Made by a program: the position numbers and the translations under genes
The notes under the pieces: model-generated
Told to the model about the DNA's origin: nothing
What the model saw: the letters and a program-made list of their open reading frames with translations, nothing else
Databases searched by the model: none
DNA from: a virus
Taxonomy: Duplodnaviria > Caudoviricetes
Strand: one strand, 5' to 3'
Length of the DNA stretch: 61,738 nucleotides
Virus record (IMG/VR): IMGVR_UViG_3300033144_001147
Coordinates: 1-61,738 of that record
Shown: positions 46,109 to 55,700 of the stretch, piece by piece
Position numbering within the stretch: the first letter of the stretch is position 1
Layout of the letters: the number at the start of each line of letters is the position of its first letter

Positions 46109-46372
46109 ATGGCAGAAGAAAAAATCTATGTCGGAAGTGGAACTTCCAAGTTTGATGGGAACTTAATCTCATGTAGTGTTTGTTTAACTGATTTACCTCA
46201 AGAACACATGTTCGAGTATAATGGTAAAAAGTATATCAAACTAAATGTATCAGCTAAAAAAGATGGGGCTGATGAGTATGGTAAAACTCATTATTTAGCT
46301 GTAGATACTTATAAGCCTGAACCGAAAAAAGAGCCGGTTGCAACAAAAGAAGAGGAAGACTTACCATTTTAA
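46109..46372 (+). CDS. Putative single-stranded DNA-binding protein, 87 aa
   Basis: Small beta protein with acidic tail EEEDLPF; in the recombination operon. Confidence 0.7.
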   Translation: MAEEKIYVGSGTSKFDGNLISCSVCLTDLPQEHMFEYNGKKYIKLNVSAKKDGADEYGKTHYLAVDTYKPEPKKEPVATKEEEDLPF

Positions 46373-46392
46373 TCTTTACTCCTTGACAAAGG

Positions 46393-46446
46393 ATAGGGGG
46401 CTTTAGACTGGGCAGTAACGAAGAACAGGTATCCCCCTATTTTTTT
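46393..46446 (+). terminator. Terminator-like hairpin with a large loop
   Basis: ATAGGGGG/CCCCCTAT, 32-nt loop, T-run. Confidence 0.5.
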
Positions 46447-46454
46447 GTCTTTTT

Positions 46455-46629
46455 TGTGTCGATATGTCGAAATAGGTAGGCAATTATATAGTAATTATGT
46501 TTTTTTATTTTATTTATATAGTTTATTTTATTTATTTTTTACTTATTATTGACATATCAACATAAGAAATATATAAAGTAGTAGTAGTCAATAAGTTAAA
46601 TAAAAATAAGTCGACATAAAATCGACACA
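46455..46629. repeat. Iteron-like element B, candidate replication origin
   Basis: TGTGTCGATATGTCGAAATA, 74-nt AT-rich spacer, TTGACATATCAACA, TCAATAAGTTA, GTCGACATAAAATCGACACA; directly upstream of the primase. Confidence 0.7.
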
Positions 46630-46646
46630 ATACCAACACTTAACAA

Positions 46647-49058
46647 ATGGAAATAACAATATTTAAGGATATTAAGGACACTTCTCAGCCTTTTTATAGA
46701 GATGTAAGTATAATAATAGAAAGAATACAAGAGGGAGCATCACAAGAGATAGTAAGAGCAATACGATTAGAAAAAGATAAAGAAAAAAGAAATCTATTAA
46801 AGCAGTCATTACCGGCTATTTGTTTTAGTGGTAAATTTACAAAAAGAAATGATGCTTCTTTAGTAGAACATAGTGGGATAATATGTTTAGACTTTGATGG
46901 CTATGAGTCAGACAAACTTTTACTGGAAGAGAAGGAGAGAATAACAAAAGATCGCTATACTTATTCGGTTTTTATTTCTCCAAGTGGGTTAGGATTAAAA
47001 GTGTTAGTCAAGATACCTGCCGAGCCTGATAATCATAAAAACTTTTTCAACTCTCTTGAAAAACATTACGACTCTCCTTACTTTGATAAGACTTGTAAAA
47101 ATGTTTCAAGAGTTTGTTATGAGTCATACGATCCATTAGTGTTTCTTAATGAGCAGTCCAGTGTATTTAATCAAATTACTGAACAAGAATACCAAGAGGT
47201 AGTTAAACATAAAGGGGTTCAAACTATTCCTATTACGGATGAGAATAAAATAGTAGAAATATTATTTAAATGGTGGGAGAGAAAATATGGATTAAAAAAT
47301 GGAGAAAGAAATAATAACGTATATATACTGGCTTCAGCCTTTAACGATTTTGGAGTAAATAAAACATTAGCTGAATACATAATGAATGATTTTGCTACTA
47401 ATGATTTTCCTTTATTAGAGGTTAAAAGAACTATTAATTCTGCTTACGCACAATCTCAAAACTTCGGAACAAAATATTATGAAGATGAAGATAAGGTTAA
47501 TAAGGTAAAACAACAACTTCGAAGAGGAATAACGAAGACTAAAATAAAACAAGAGTTAGAGGAGAATACTGATGTAGATGATTCAGTAGTGGTATCAGTT
47601 ATTGAGAGATTAGAAGAAGAACAATCTCAACAAAAATTTTGGAGTAAGAGTGAGAAGGGAGTAATAAACATCGTCCACATTTCTTTTAAGAAATTTTTAG
47701 AAGAGAATGGATTTTACAAATTCAACCCTGAAGGAAGTAAAAACTATGTATTTGTAAAGGTTACTAATAACTTAATAGACCATACTTCAGAAAAAGAAAT
47801 AAAGGATTTTGTTCTTACTTACCTTTTAGACGTGGAGGATATCAGTGTATATAATTATTTTGCAGAAAAAGTTAAATACTTTAGAGAGGAATTTTTAACC
47901 CTTCTTTCTTCTATTAATGTTTATTTTATAGCCGACAACAAAGACACAGCGTATTTGTATTATAATAACTGCGCGGTAAAAGTAACAAAAGAGGATGTAA
48001 CTCCTATAGATTATTTAGATTTAGGAGGGTATGTATGGAAAGACCATGTTATAGATAGAGTCTTTGATATATGTGAGATTACCGATTGTAACTACAAAAC
48101 ATTTGTAGGAAATATTGCAGGAGGAACCGAAAAAAGAATAAGGTCTATGGAATCCACTATAGGTTTTTTACTTCACGGATGGAAGAACCTTTCTTATTGT
48201 CCGGCTACTATTCTTAATGATGAACTAATTTCAGACAACCCTGAAGGAGGAACTGGAAAGGGGTTGTTTATGACTGGATTAGGTCAAATGAAAAAACTTG
48301 TAGTGATTGATGGTAAATCTTTTAATTTTGAAAGATCATTTGCATATCAATTAGTTTCAGCCGACACGCAGATACTTTGTTTTGATGATGTAAAAAAACA
48401 CTTTGATTTTGAAAGATTGTTTAGTGTAGTAACGGAAGGCCTCACTCTTGAAAAGAAAAATAAGGACGCTATTAAAATTCCCTTTCATAAATCTCCTAAG
48501 ATTGCCATAACTACTAATTATGCTATTAAGGGATCCGGTAGTTCGTTCGAAAGAAGAAAGTGGGAATTAGAACTTACTCAATATTATACTAAAGAGTTTA
48601 CACCTCTTGTAGAGTTTGGTAAATTAATGTTTGGAGAATGGGGAGACCACGATTGGTGCCAGTTTGACAACTATATGATAGGATGCCTCCAATTATATTT
48701 AGACAAAGGATTATTAAAAAGTGATTTTGTTAATCTTAAAACGCGTAAGTTCTCTGCAGAAACCTGTCACGAATTTGCAGAATGGTGTGGGGCTATAGGA
48801 GGACAAAAAACCGATAAGCTTGTCCGTAATAAAAAGATATATAAAAACGATTTATATTTAGATTTCATTGATGAGAATCCTGATTTTGCTCCTAAATCTA
48901 AAATGACAGTAAGTAGAAATAGATTCAACAAATGGCTTCAGTCTTATTCTGATTTTAAATACGACTGCAAGGCAACCGAAGGTCGCGATGGAGTAGGAAG
49001 ATGGATAGAGTTTGTTCATAAATCTCATTACGATACACAAAGTGAGATGGGTCTATGA
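46647..49058 (+). CDS. Primase-helicase (VirE-N/BT4734-like primase, PriCT, P-loop), 803 aa
   Basis: KQSLPAICFSG...HSGIICLDFD...SPSGLGLK; GERNN; GGTGKG...FDDV...ITTNY. Confidence 0.85.
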   Translation: MEITIFKDIKDTSQPFYRDVSIIIERIQEGASQEIVRAIRLEKDKEKRNLLKQSLPAICFSGKFTKRNDASLVEHSGIICLDFDGYESDKLLLEEKERITKDRYTYSVFISPSGLGLKVLVKIPAEPDNHKNFFNSLEKHYDSPYFDKTCKNVSRVCYESYDPLVFLNEQSSVFNQITEQEYQEVVKHKGVQTIPITDENKIVEILFKWWERKYGLKNGERNNNVYILASAFNDFGVNKTLAEYIMNDFATNDFPLLEVKRTINSAYAQSQNFGTKYYEDEDKVNKVKQQLRRGITKTKIKQELEENTDVDDSVVVSVIERLEEEQSQQKFWSKSEKGVINIVHISFKKFLEENGFYKFNPEGSKNYVFVKVTNNLIDHTSEKEIKDFVLTYLLDVEDISVYNYFAEKVKYFREEFLTLLSSINVYFIADNKDTAYLYYNNCAVKVTKEDVTPIDYLDLGGYVWKDHVIDRVFDICEITDCNYKTFVGNIAGGTEKRIRSMESTIGFLLHGWKNLSYCPATILNDELISDNPEGGTGKGLFMTGLGQMKKLVVIDGKSFNFERSFAYQLVSADTQILCFDDVKKHFDFERLFSVVTEGLTLEKKNKDAIKIPFHKSPKIAITTNYAIKGSGSSFERRKWELELTQYYTKEFTPLVEFGKLMFGEWGDHDWCQFDNYMIGCLQLYLDKGLLKSDFVNLKTRKFSAETCHEFAEWCGAIGGQKTDKLVRNKKIYKNDLYLDFIDENPDFAPKSKMTVSRNRFNKWLQSYSDFKYDCKATEGRDGVGRWIEFVHKSHYDTQSEMGL

Positions 49059-50287
49059 TAAAATTTAGAGAGTATCAATCTAAAATAATAAAAGAAGGAA
49101 CGTCTATTATAAACCAACACCGGTTTTTATATTTAGCTATGGAAGTTCGGACAGGAAAGACATTAACCAGCTTAGGTATATGTTCTAACTTAAAAGCTAA
49201 CAATGTCTTGTTTATTACTAAGAAAAAAGCTATATCAAGTATTGAACAGGATTACATTGTCTTAGAACCAGATTATAATCTAACCGTAATAAATTACGAA
49301 TCCTTACATAAAATTAAACAAACCGGATGGGATGTAGTGGTATGTGATGAGGCTCATGGAATGGGGGCTTTCCCTAAACCAAGTGGAAGAGCTAAAAAGG
49401 TATCAAGATTAATATTTAGATCTAATCCTTATGTAATACTCTTAAGCGGAACTCCAACTCCCGAGTCTTACTCTCAAATGTTCCATCAAGTTTCTTTTAT
49501 TCCAAACAATCCCTTTATAGAGTTTAGGAACTTCTACTCGTTTGCCAGTAGATATGTGGGTGTTGTTAGAAAAAAGATAGGAGGAATGTATATTAATGAT
49601 TATTCTAAAGGCAGTAAGGAAATTTTAGATAAAATGAAACCTTACACTATTAGATTTAGTCAAAAAGACGCAGGATTTAAAGTTGAAACCAATGAACATA
49701 TATTAGAGGTAGATATCAAACCCTCTACGATTGACCTTATAAAGAAACTTAAAAAAGATTTAGTTGTGGAGGGTGAGAGTGAGGTGATTTTAGCCGATAC
49801 TTCCGTTAAATTAATGACTAAGGTTCATCAGTTATGTAGCGGAACTATTAAGTTTGAAAGCGGTAACTCTATGGTGCTTGACTTAAGTAAAGCTAAGTTT
49901 ATAAAGAAACAATTTAAAGGAAAAAAGATAGGTATTTTTTATAAGTTTAAAGAAGAACTTAATGCTTTAAAGGAAGTTTTTAAAGAAGATCTTTGTATTA
50001 CTTTAGATGAGTTTGATAATACCGATAAACATATTGCCCTTCAAATAGTTAGTGGAAGAGAAGGTATATCTTTACGCAAGGCAAATTGTTTAGTATATTA
50101 CAATATTGATTTTAGTGCCACCTCTTACTGGCAAAGTAGAGACCGGATGACAACTAAAGATCGGCTAAAGAATGAAGTGTACTGGATATTCAGTAAAAAC
50201 GGAATCGAAAAAGATATTTACAAGGCGGTTGTTAAGAAGAAAGATTATACCCTAAATCATTTCAAGAGAGATTTTGTAAATTTGTAG
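49055..50287 (+). CDS. SF2 (SNF2-like) helicase, 410 aa
   Basis: FREYQ, RTGKT, DEAH, LSGTP, GREGISL, QSRDR. Confidence 0.85.
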   Translation: MIKFREYQSKIIKEGTSIINQHRFLYLAMEVRTGKTLTSLGICSNLKANNVLFITKKKAISSIEQDYIVLEPDYNLTVINYESLHKIKQTGWDVVVCDEAHGMGAFPKPSGRAKKVSRLIFRSNPYVILLSGTPTPESYSQMFHQVSFIPNNPFIEFRNFYSFASRYVGVVRKKIGGMYINDYSKGSKEILDKMKPYTIRFSQKDAGFKVETNEHILEVDIKPSTIDLIKKLKKDLVVEGESEVILADTSVKLMTKVHQLCSGTIKFESGNSMVLDLSKAKFIKKQFKGKKIGIFYKFKEELNALKEVFKEDLCITLDEFDNTDKHIALQIVSGREGISLRKANCLVYYNIDFSATSYWQSRDRMTTKDRLKNEVYWIFSKNGIEKDIYKAVVKKKDYTLNHFKRDFVNL

Positions 50288-50289
50288 CA

Positions 50290-50490
50290 GTGAAAAGGTT
50301 TATTATATTTACGTTGATATGGATTAGCCAGAATTTAGCTATCCCTTTTTGGGTTGTAGGACACATTCATTTATCTATCCATAGTTTCCATGACGCAGTA
50401 GAAATACTTTCCTCAATAGGGATGAATATAATAGTAGGTGTAGGATTTTATTTAGACTATAAGTATGACCGAACAACAAATACAAAGTAA
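50290..50490 (+). CDS. Small membrane protein, 66 aa
   Basis: Two hydrophobic segments; GTG start 5 nt after TAAATTTG (50277-50284). Confidence 0.6.
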   Translation: MKRFIIFTLIWISQNLAIPFWVVGHIHLSIHSFHDAVEILSSIGMNIIVGVGFYLDYKYDRTTNTK

Positions 50491-50713
50491 AAGGATTAAG
50501 CAATTGGAGGCGGAAGGATACTATGTTCTTAAGCTAATCAAGACTAATAAGAATGGTATACCCGACCTCCTTGCTATTCCTCCAGATTGTAAAGTATTAT
50601 TTTCGGAAGTTAAAAAGCCTAACGGAAAGCTATCTAAATTACAAGAGTATAGATTAAAAGAATTAAAAAACCATGGATGTGAAACGGAAGTATATAAAGG
50701 AGGCGGGTTATGA
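50465..50713 (+). CDS. VRR-NUC domain nuclease, 82 aa
   Basis: EQQIQ...GIPDLL...EVKKPNGKLSKLQ. Confidence 0.85.
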   Translation: MTEQQIQSKRIKQLEAEGYYVLKLIKTNKNGIPDLLAIPPDCKVLFSEVKKPNGKLSKLQEYRLKELKNHGCETEVYKGGGL

Positions 50714-51023
50714 TGTAGCCGAAGACTTTATAGAGACTCTTCAGCAACTTGATATTCGTACCGGAATTAAAATAGCTAAGTTTATTGAGAAAAACGTAGA
50801 TCAAGTTCCGGTCAGCCTACTAACCTCTACAATATTAGGCGGGGTAATTATTGATGATAACAAAAATCCTGTTACCTTTGCTTTAGAAATGCTTAAAATA
50901 AATAAAGTTATCATTCTGTCTGATATAAAGATGGTAGAGATGGACGAATATTTAGATTTACTCAACTTAAATTCAGACTTAAATGGTATCCGAAAAAGTA
51001 AAGGCAATAAAAAAACTAATTAG
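50673..51023 (+). CDS. Hypothetical protein, 116 aa
   Basis: Operon-packed ORF. Confidence 0.65.
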   Translation: MDVKRKYIKEAGYDVAEDFIETLQQLDIRTGIKIAKFIEKNVDQVPVSLLTSTILGGVIIDDNKNPVTFALEMLKINKVIILSDIKMVEMDEYLDLLNLNSDLNGIRKSKGNKKTN

Positions 51024-51411
51024 TTCTCATTACGAAATTGATATTGAGGCTAAAACTAAAGCCTATAATTATGTAAAAGCCAGAGCCATGGCCTACACAT
51101 TAATGAGAGAAAAATGCCTGATGTCTTATACAAGTATCGGATTAGCCTTTAAAAAAAATCACGCAACTATACTTCATGCGGTAAAAGAATTTCCTTTTAT
51201 GAGGAAATGGGATAAAGAATTAAACAGAGATTATAATGATATCCTGGTGTTATGGGAAGGAGAATCGGGAGAGTATGAAGATGTAAAGCCTCTTCAATTA
51301 AAAAAACAATTAAAATATTTGGACGAACAAAATAAATTGTTAAATTTGTCATTAAATAATGTTCAAGAAGAGTTGGAAGAAATCAAAAGAATAATTAAAA
51401 ATGGGAAATAA
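50983..51411 (+). CDS. Second DnaA C-terminal-like DNA-binding protein, 142 aa
   Basis: YVKARAMAYTLMR...SYTSIGLAFKKNHATILHAVK. Confidence 0.8.
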   Translation: MVSEKVKAIKKLISSHYEIDIEAKTKAYNYVKARAMAYTLMREKCLMSYTSIGLAFKKNHATILHAVKEFPFMRKWDKELNRDYNDILVLWEGESGEYEDVKPLQLKKQLKYLDEQNKLLNLSLNNVQEELEEIKRIIKNGK

Positions 51412-51429
51412 GTTTATTATGCAAAACTG

Positions 51430-51621
51430 ATGCCAAGAGTAGCTCCGGAAGATACAAAGTTTCTTACCCACGTTGAATATCTATGTGGGCGGATTCACGA
51501 CTTTGGAGATGAAATTTACGAAGACTTAATGGAGAGGGAACATGAGGAGGTTAAAGTAAAAGCTCAAGAATTAATTAAAGAGCTGGCTGAACTAATACAA
51601 TCTTTATCTGATGATGTGTAA
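51430..51621 (+). CDS. Hypothetical protein, 63 aa
   Basis: ORF; -7 element at 51341-51348. Confidence 0.65.
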   Translation: MPRVAPEDTKFLTHVEYLCGRIHDFGDEIYEDLMEREHEEVKVKAQELIKELAELIQSLSDDV

Positions 51622-51659
51622 ATCTGATCCAGATATAGTGGTTATATGGCCCTCTAAAA

Positions 51660-52007
51660 TTGGCTTATAAGAATAAAAAAGATCAGGCTGCGGCCAGTAA
51701 ACGTCATTATGAAAAGAATAAAGACACAATTAAAGCACGCAGTAAGGTACGAAACAAAAGTCAGAAACAGAAAAACCGGAGGTTTGTGGCTTGGGTAAAG
51801 AGTCGGAGTTGTTGTGTTGATTGTGGAGAAGATAACCCAGTGGTTTTAGATTTTGACCATGTAGTAGGAGAGAAGGTTATGAATATTTCAGATATGGCTC
51901 GAACATGTTATAGTAGAGATACTTTAATGGATGAAATAGATAAGTGCGAGGTTAGGTGTTCCAATTGCCACAGAATAGTTACAGCAAAAAGAAGGGAAAA
52001 TGAATAA
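51660..52007 (+). CDS. HNH endonuclease, 115 aa
   Basis: CVDCG...LDFDHV...KCEVRCSNCHR. Confidence 0.85.
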   Translation: MAYKNKKDQAAASKRHYEKNKDTIKARSKVRNKSQKQKNRRFVAWVKSRSCCVDCGEDNPVVLDFDHVVGEKVMNISDMARTCYSRDTLMDEIDKCEVRCSNCHRIVTAKRRENE

Positions 52008-52383
52008 ACAAACAGCTAAAGAGTTAAGTGAGTTTAGTAAAGTTATTGCTAAACGATTCTCTTATAACGACAGAGAGGGTAATCAAAACAAAGAAACCTT
52101 TGTTGTTGATGAGGTAATACCTACATCAGACCATACAGCGGTTATTAATTTCAAAAAGAGCAGTGGTAAGATAGGTGTTGCTTTTTGTTATTATATAAAC
52201 AGAGGGGCCTCTAAGGGGTGGAAATACTTTTTTCCTACCGATTCACACGTCAATGGATTTCAAGCTTTTCTCTATTATAAATTAGAAGCCGAAAGAAAAA
52301 ATTTTTCTAAAAACTTTTTGGTAGACCAGTATAATAGAAACCGAGAACACAAAGACCATATAAATTTTGAAAATGAAATATAA
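52000..52383 (+). CDS. Hypothetical protein, 127 aa
   Basis: Operon-packed ORF. Confidence 0.7.
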   Translation: MNKQTAKELSEFSKVIAKRFSYNDREGNQNKETFVVDEVIPTSDHTAVINFKKSSGKIGVAFCYYINRGASKGWKYFFPTDSHVNGFQAFLYYKLEAERKNFSKNFLVDQYNRNREHKDHINFENEI

Positions 52384-52567
52384 TACTATTAGATGGGTAT
52401 TAAGGGATAACATTAAAAAAAATGTAAACGCTTTATGGACGTGGGATAAGGAGGGAAAGAATTTTACTATGATTTACAACAACTACAACGATGACCTTCC
52501 TATATATACCGCCTCTCAATTATTAGAGGAAATAGAAAAAGAACTTAAGAAGAAGCCTGTTTCTTAG
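52367..52567 (+). CDS. Hypothetical protein, about 66 aa
   Basis: Last plus-strand ORF. Confidence 0.6.
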   Translation: MKMKYNTIRWVLRDNIKKNVNALWTWDKEGKNFTMIYNNYNDDLPIYTASQLLEEIEKELKKKPVS

Positions 52568-52784
52568 CTCTAACTAATTCCGCACACTTCTCATACTCTT
52601 CCGTGTAAGTAAAGTATTCAATCAGGGTGTCATAAATATCACACTCCATAGCTACATGCTTCCGTTTAGGATTAAACATTAAATATAATATAGCTGTTTC
52701 TTGGATTAATTGATCTAATGTTTTTTTACCTAACAATAAATTGTAGGTATGTCGCATGCAGATATCTTCATTAAACCCATCCAT
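52545..52784 (-). CDS. Hypothetical protein, 79 aa
   Basis: LIEYFTYTEEYEKCAEL (UVR-like); coupled to the giant gene. Confidence 0.7.
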   Translation of the reverse strand: MDGFNEDICMRHTYNLLLGKKTLDQLIQETAILYLMFNPKRKHVAMECDIYDTLIEYFTYTEEYEKCAELVRAKKQASS

Positions 52785-55700
52785 TAGTCAAGCATAGGAT
52801 TATCTGAACTCATAGGGTTGCTATTCGACATAGGATTCTCGCTATGCATAGGATTTACCCTCTCCATTGGATTATCTGATTTAAGTTTAGTATTTTTTGA
52901 TTTCTTTTTAGTTGTTCCGTGACGCTCCCTGGTTCTTTTATTAACCCCCTTCATCATCTCTTTTCTTTGTTCAGCCCTTTCTTCTTCACTATTTATCTGG
53001 TACTCGCTATAATTAAAAAGCCTCATCATTATTTTAGCCGGATCGCTTTCTCCGTCCGCTAACGCTTCTAAATTTTTAAATATCTTATGAAGATTATTAA
53101 CAGGCAAACCGGTTATTTGAGATATCTCTCTTAGAGCTTTATAAAATTTCTCTTGTTTTTTTACAGGATCTTTAGCGTCTCTATATGCTGCCAGCTTGCT
53201 TAATATCTCTTCTCCTTGAGTTAATATGGGTAAGTTTTTAAATTCTAAAAACCCTTTAGGTTTATCTTGTAAGTAGTACGCAAATTTTTCTACAAACTCT
53301 CCATAAATAAACAAGGCATTTATATTTCCTAATATACCAGCTCTCATTAAATCACTCCCATCTTCTTCATCCCAATCAGCTAACAATCCTGGGAATCCAT
53401 TAGCTACATATTGGAAGAACATTGGCATCACAACATGATAAGTAATAAACGTTCTCATATTCTCCCCTACGGTTCCCTTCCCTTGTTTTCCTCCAGACGC
53501 AGCCAACCTGTAAAGGTTTCTTATAGCATACACTTCTTTCCTTAAATATTGTTTTGGAGTAGTTAAGAACATGTTAAGAGCTCTGTTAATTGCATCTTTA
53601 TTTTGGCGGTAATCTCTGTCTTGTAAATCAGTAGACTGCTGAGTTCTTTTAGTATCCCTCTCAAACTTTCTAATAGCTATCTCAATTGCTTGTTTTTCCG
53701 TTTTACCCGCTTTTAAAGCCTGCTCCTTGTAGAATACATAGTTAGGTACTCCCCCTAAATAGATAGCACCTATATCCCCTAAACGCGTGGTATACATTAA
53801 TATATTAATTAGTGACTCTCTGGTGTTGCCAGACATTCCAAACCTTTCTGGCATTACCTCTATCATTCTCTCATCCGTATAAGCCTCTATCGCTTTGGTA
53901 ATACTTTGTTTTTGTCGGTCTTGAAGGTATACAGAATTTTCAGCTATTTCTTTCCATACCGCCTTTACACTCTGTCCTTTTCCAAACCTACTTAATGCAG
54001 CGTTCTTCATCCAATTAACAAAACCTATATCATTTCCATAAGTAACAAAAGAAGTAAGCTGTTTAAGGGTTACTACTGGATTTATTCCTAATCGAGACAA
54101 GATAAATATATCCTGCATTACATTAACCGCTTGATCCATTTTACCGTCTGACTGCGACATACCTTTGTTGGCTATTTTATCTATAGCCGCATGAATCATA
54201 TCATTAGTTTCCTGACCATACAATCTTTTAATGGTGTCATAAATAATTGGGTTGGTAAAAATTTTATTTATATCACTTACCGGTCGAGCATAAGCGGCAA
54301 AATACTCCATATCTCTAATGTATGTAAACAAAGCATTAGTACCGTCCACATCTTTTCGGATAGCTCTCTTGTTATCTTGCCTCATTTTAGTAGAGTTAGA
54401 AGATACTGTATTGTGGTATTGAGGAGTTCCAGACAGTAGGTCTATTCCAGCATCTTGCTGGTCTCCCTTTCCTAACTCTCTATATACCATACCCGCATAA
54501 TTAACATTGTAAGGCATATCAATTCTATATATATCTTTATACGCTTGATTGTAGTGTTGATATAACATAGGGAACAAGATGTCTACTTGCCAGTCGGCAA
54601 ATTCTTTCAGCTCCGCATACTCATTAGTTAATAAGTCAGTCATCTCTTGCATAACTCTTTGATAATCACTTCCAAATTGTTTTTCAAATCCAGGGTGATT
54701 TCGAGGGTCTTTATATTGATTATATAAATAATACATCTGATTAGGAGATAACTCTTGTTCATTCTGAGCTATAGCGTCTTCCAATTTTTTCTGATTAACA
54801 GGAGTTGGATTATTGTTATAAGCATCTTGAGCTTTCTGCACAGCATCAGCGTCTTTGTATATTCCGGTTGATACGCTTCTTGTAAATTTAGCTACCTTCT
54901 TTTTATACTTTTTTCCAAACAACTCTTGCCATTTAAATATAATAAAAGCTTCGTTCATTAACATTCTCTCTTTAAACAAACGACTCGCTCTATCTATTTT
55001 TTCAGTAACTTCTTTCTGAGTAACCCCTTCAAATAAGGCGGCTGGAAGTTTAGAGATTTTATCCATTAAAGAGAACATGTCTGAGTTTTGACCCATTATA
55101 TTTCCTAAAGTTCTAACAATACTATTGACTAAATTTTGAGCTCTCTTTTTAAGAGCTACTCCTGTCGGTCTGTTTTTCTTGTTAGAAGCGTCATTTAAAT
55201 CTCCTTGTTTTTGCTTAATCCCCTCTATAATATCTGTAATTTTATCTTGAATTAATTCAGGGGTAGGGTTTTCAATACCATCTTCTTTTAGTTCTCTAAT
55301 AGCTTGCTTTTTAAAACTTTCAGTTCTACCCGTGATGTCTTTATACACCTCTTCAAATTGTCTACGATATTCTAAGTGAGCTTTTTTTAATTCTTCTTTA
55401 AACAATGTTTTCCCTGTAACTATTATATCTTTTAACATTGATTCTACCTTAGAGAGAGTGGCTACCTTACTGATATCTTTATTATCCATCAGGTTTTGAG
55501 CGTTAATTAAACTCATTATAATTTGGAGGTCAGCTAAGGCTTCGTAGTCCGCTTCTTTTTTAGCAGGATTTTCGTTGATATCATTATACTCTTTCTGAAG
55601 CTCCGCTAAATACTCTAACACTTTATCTTCGGTCTTCAATCCTCCTTTAGGATTAAGTCTCTTTCTTATTCTCTCTATTCTTTTACGCGTAGCATCATCT

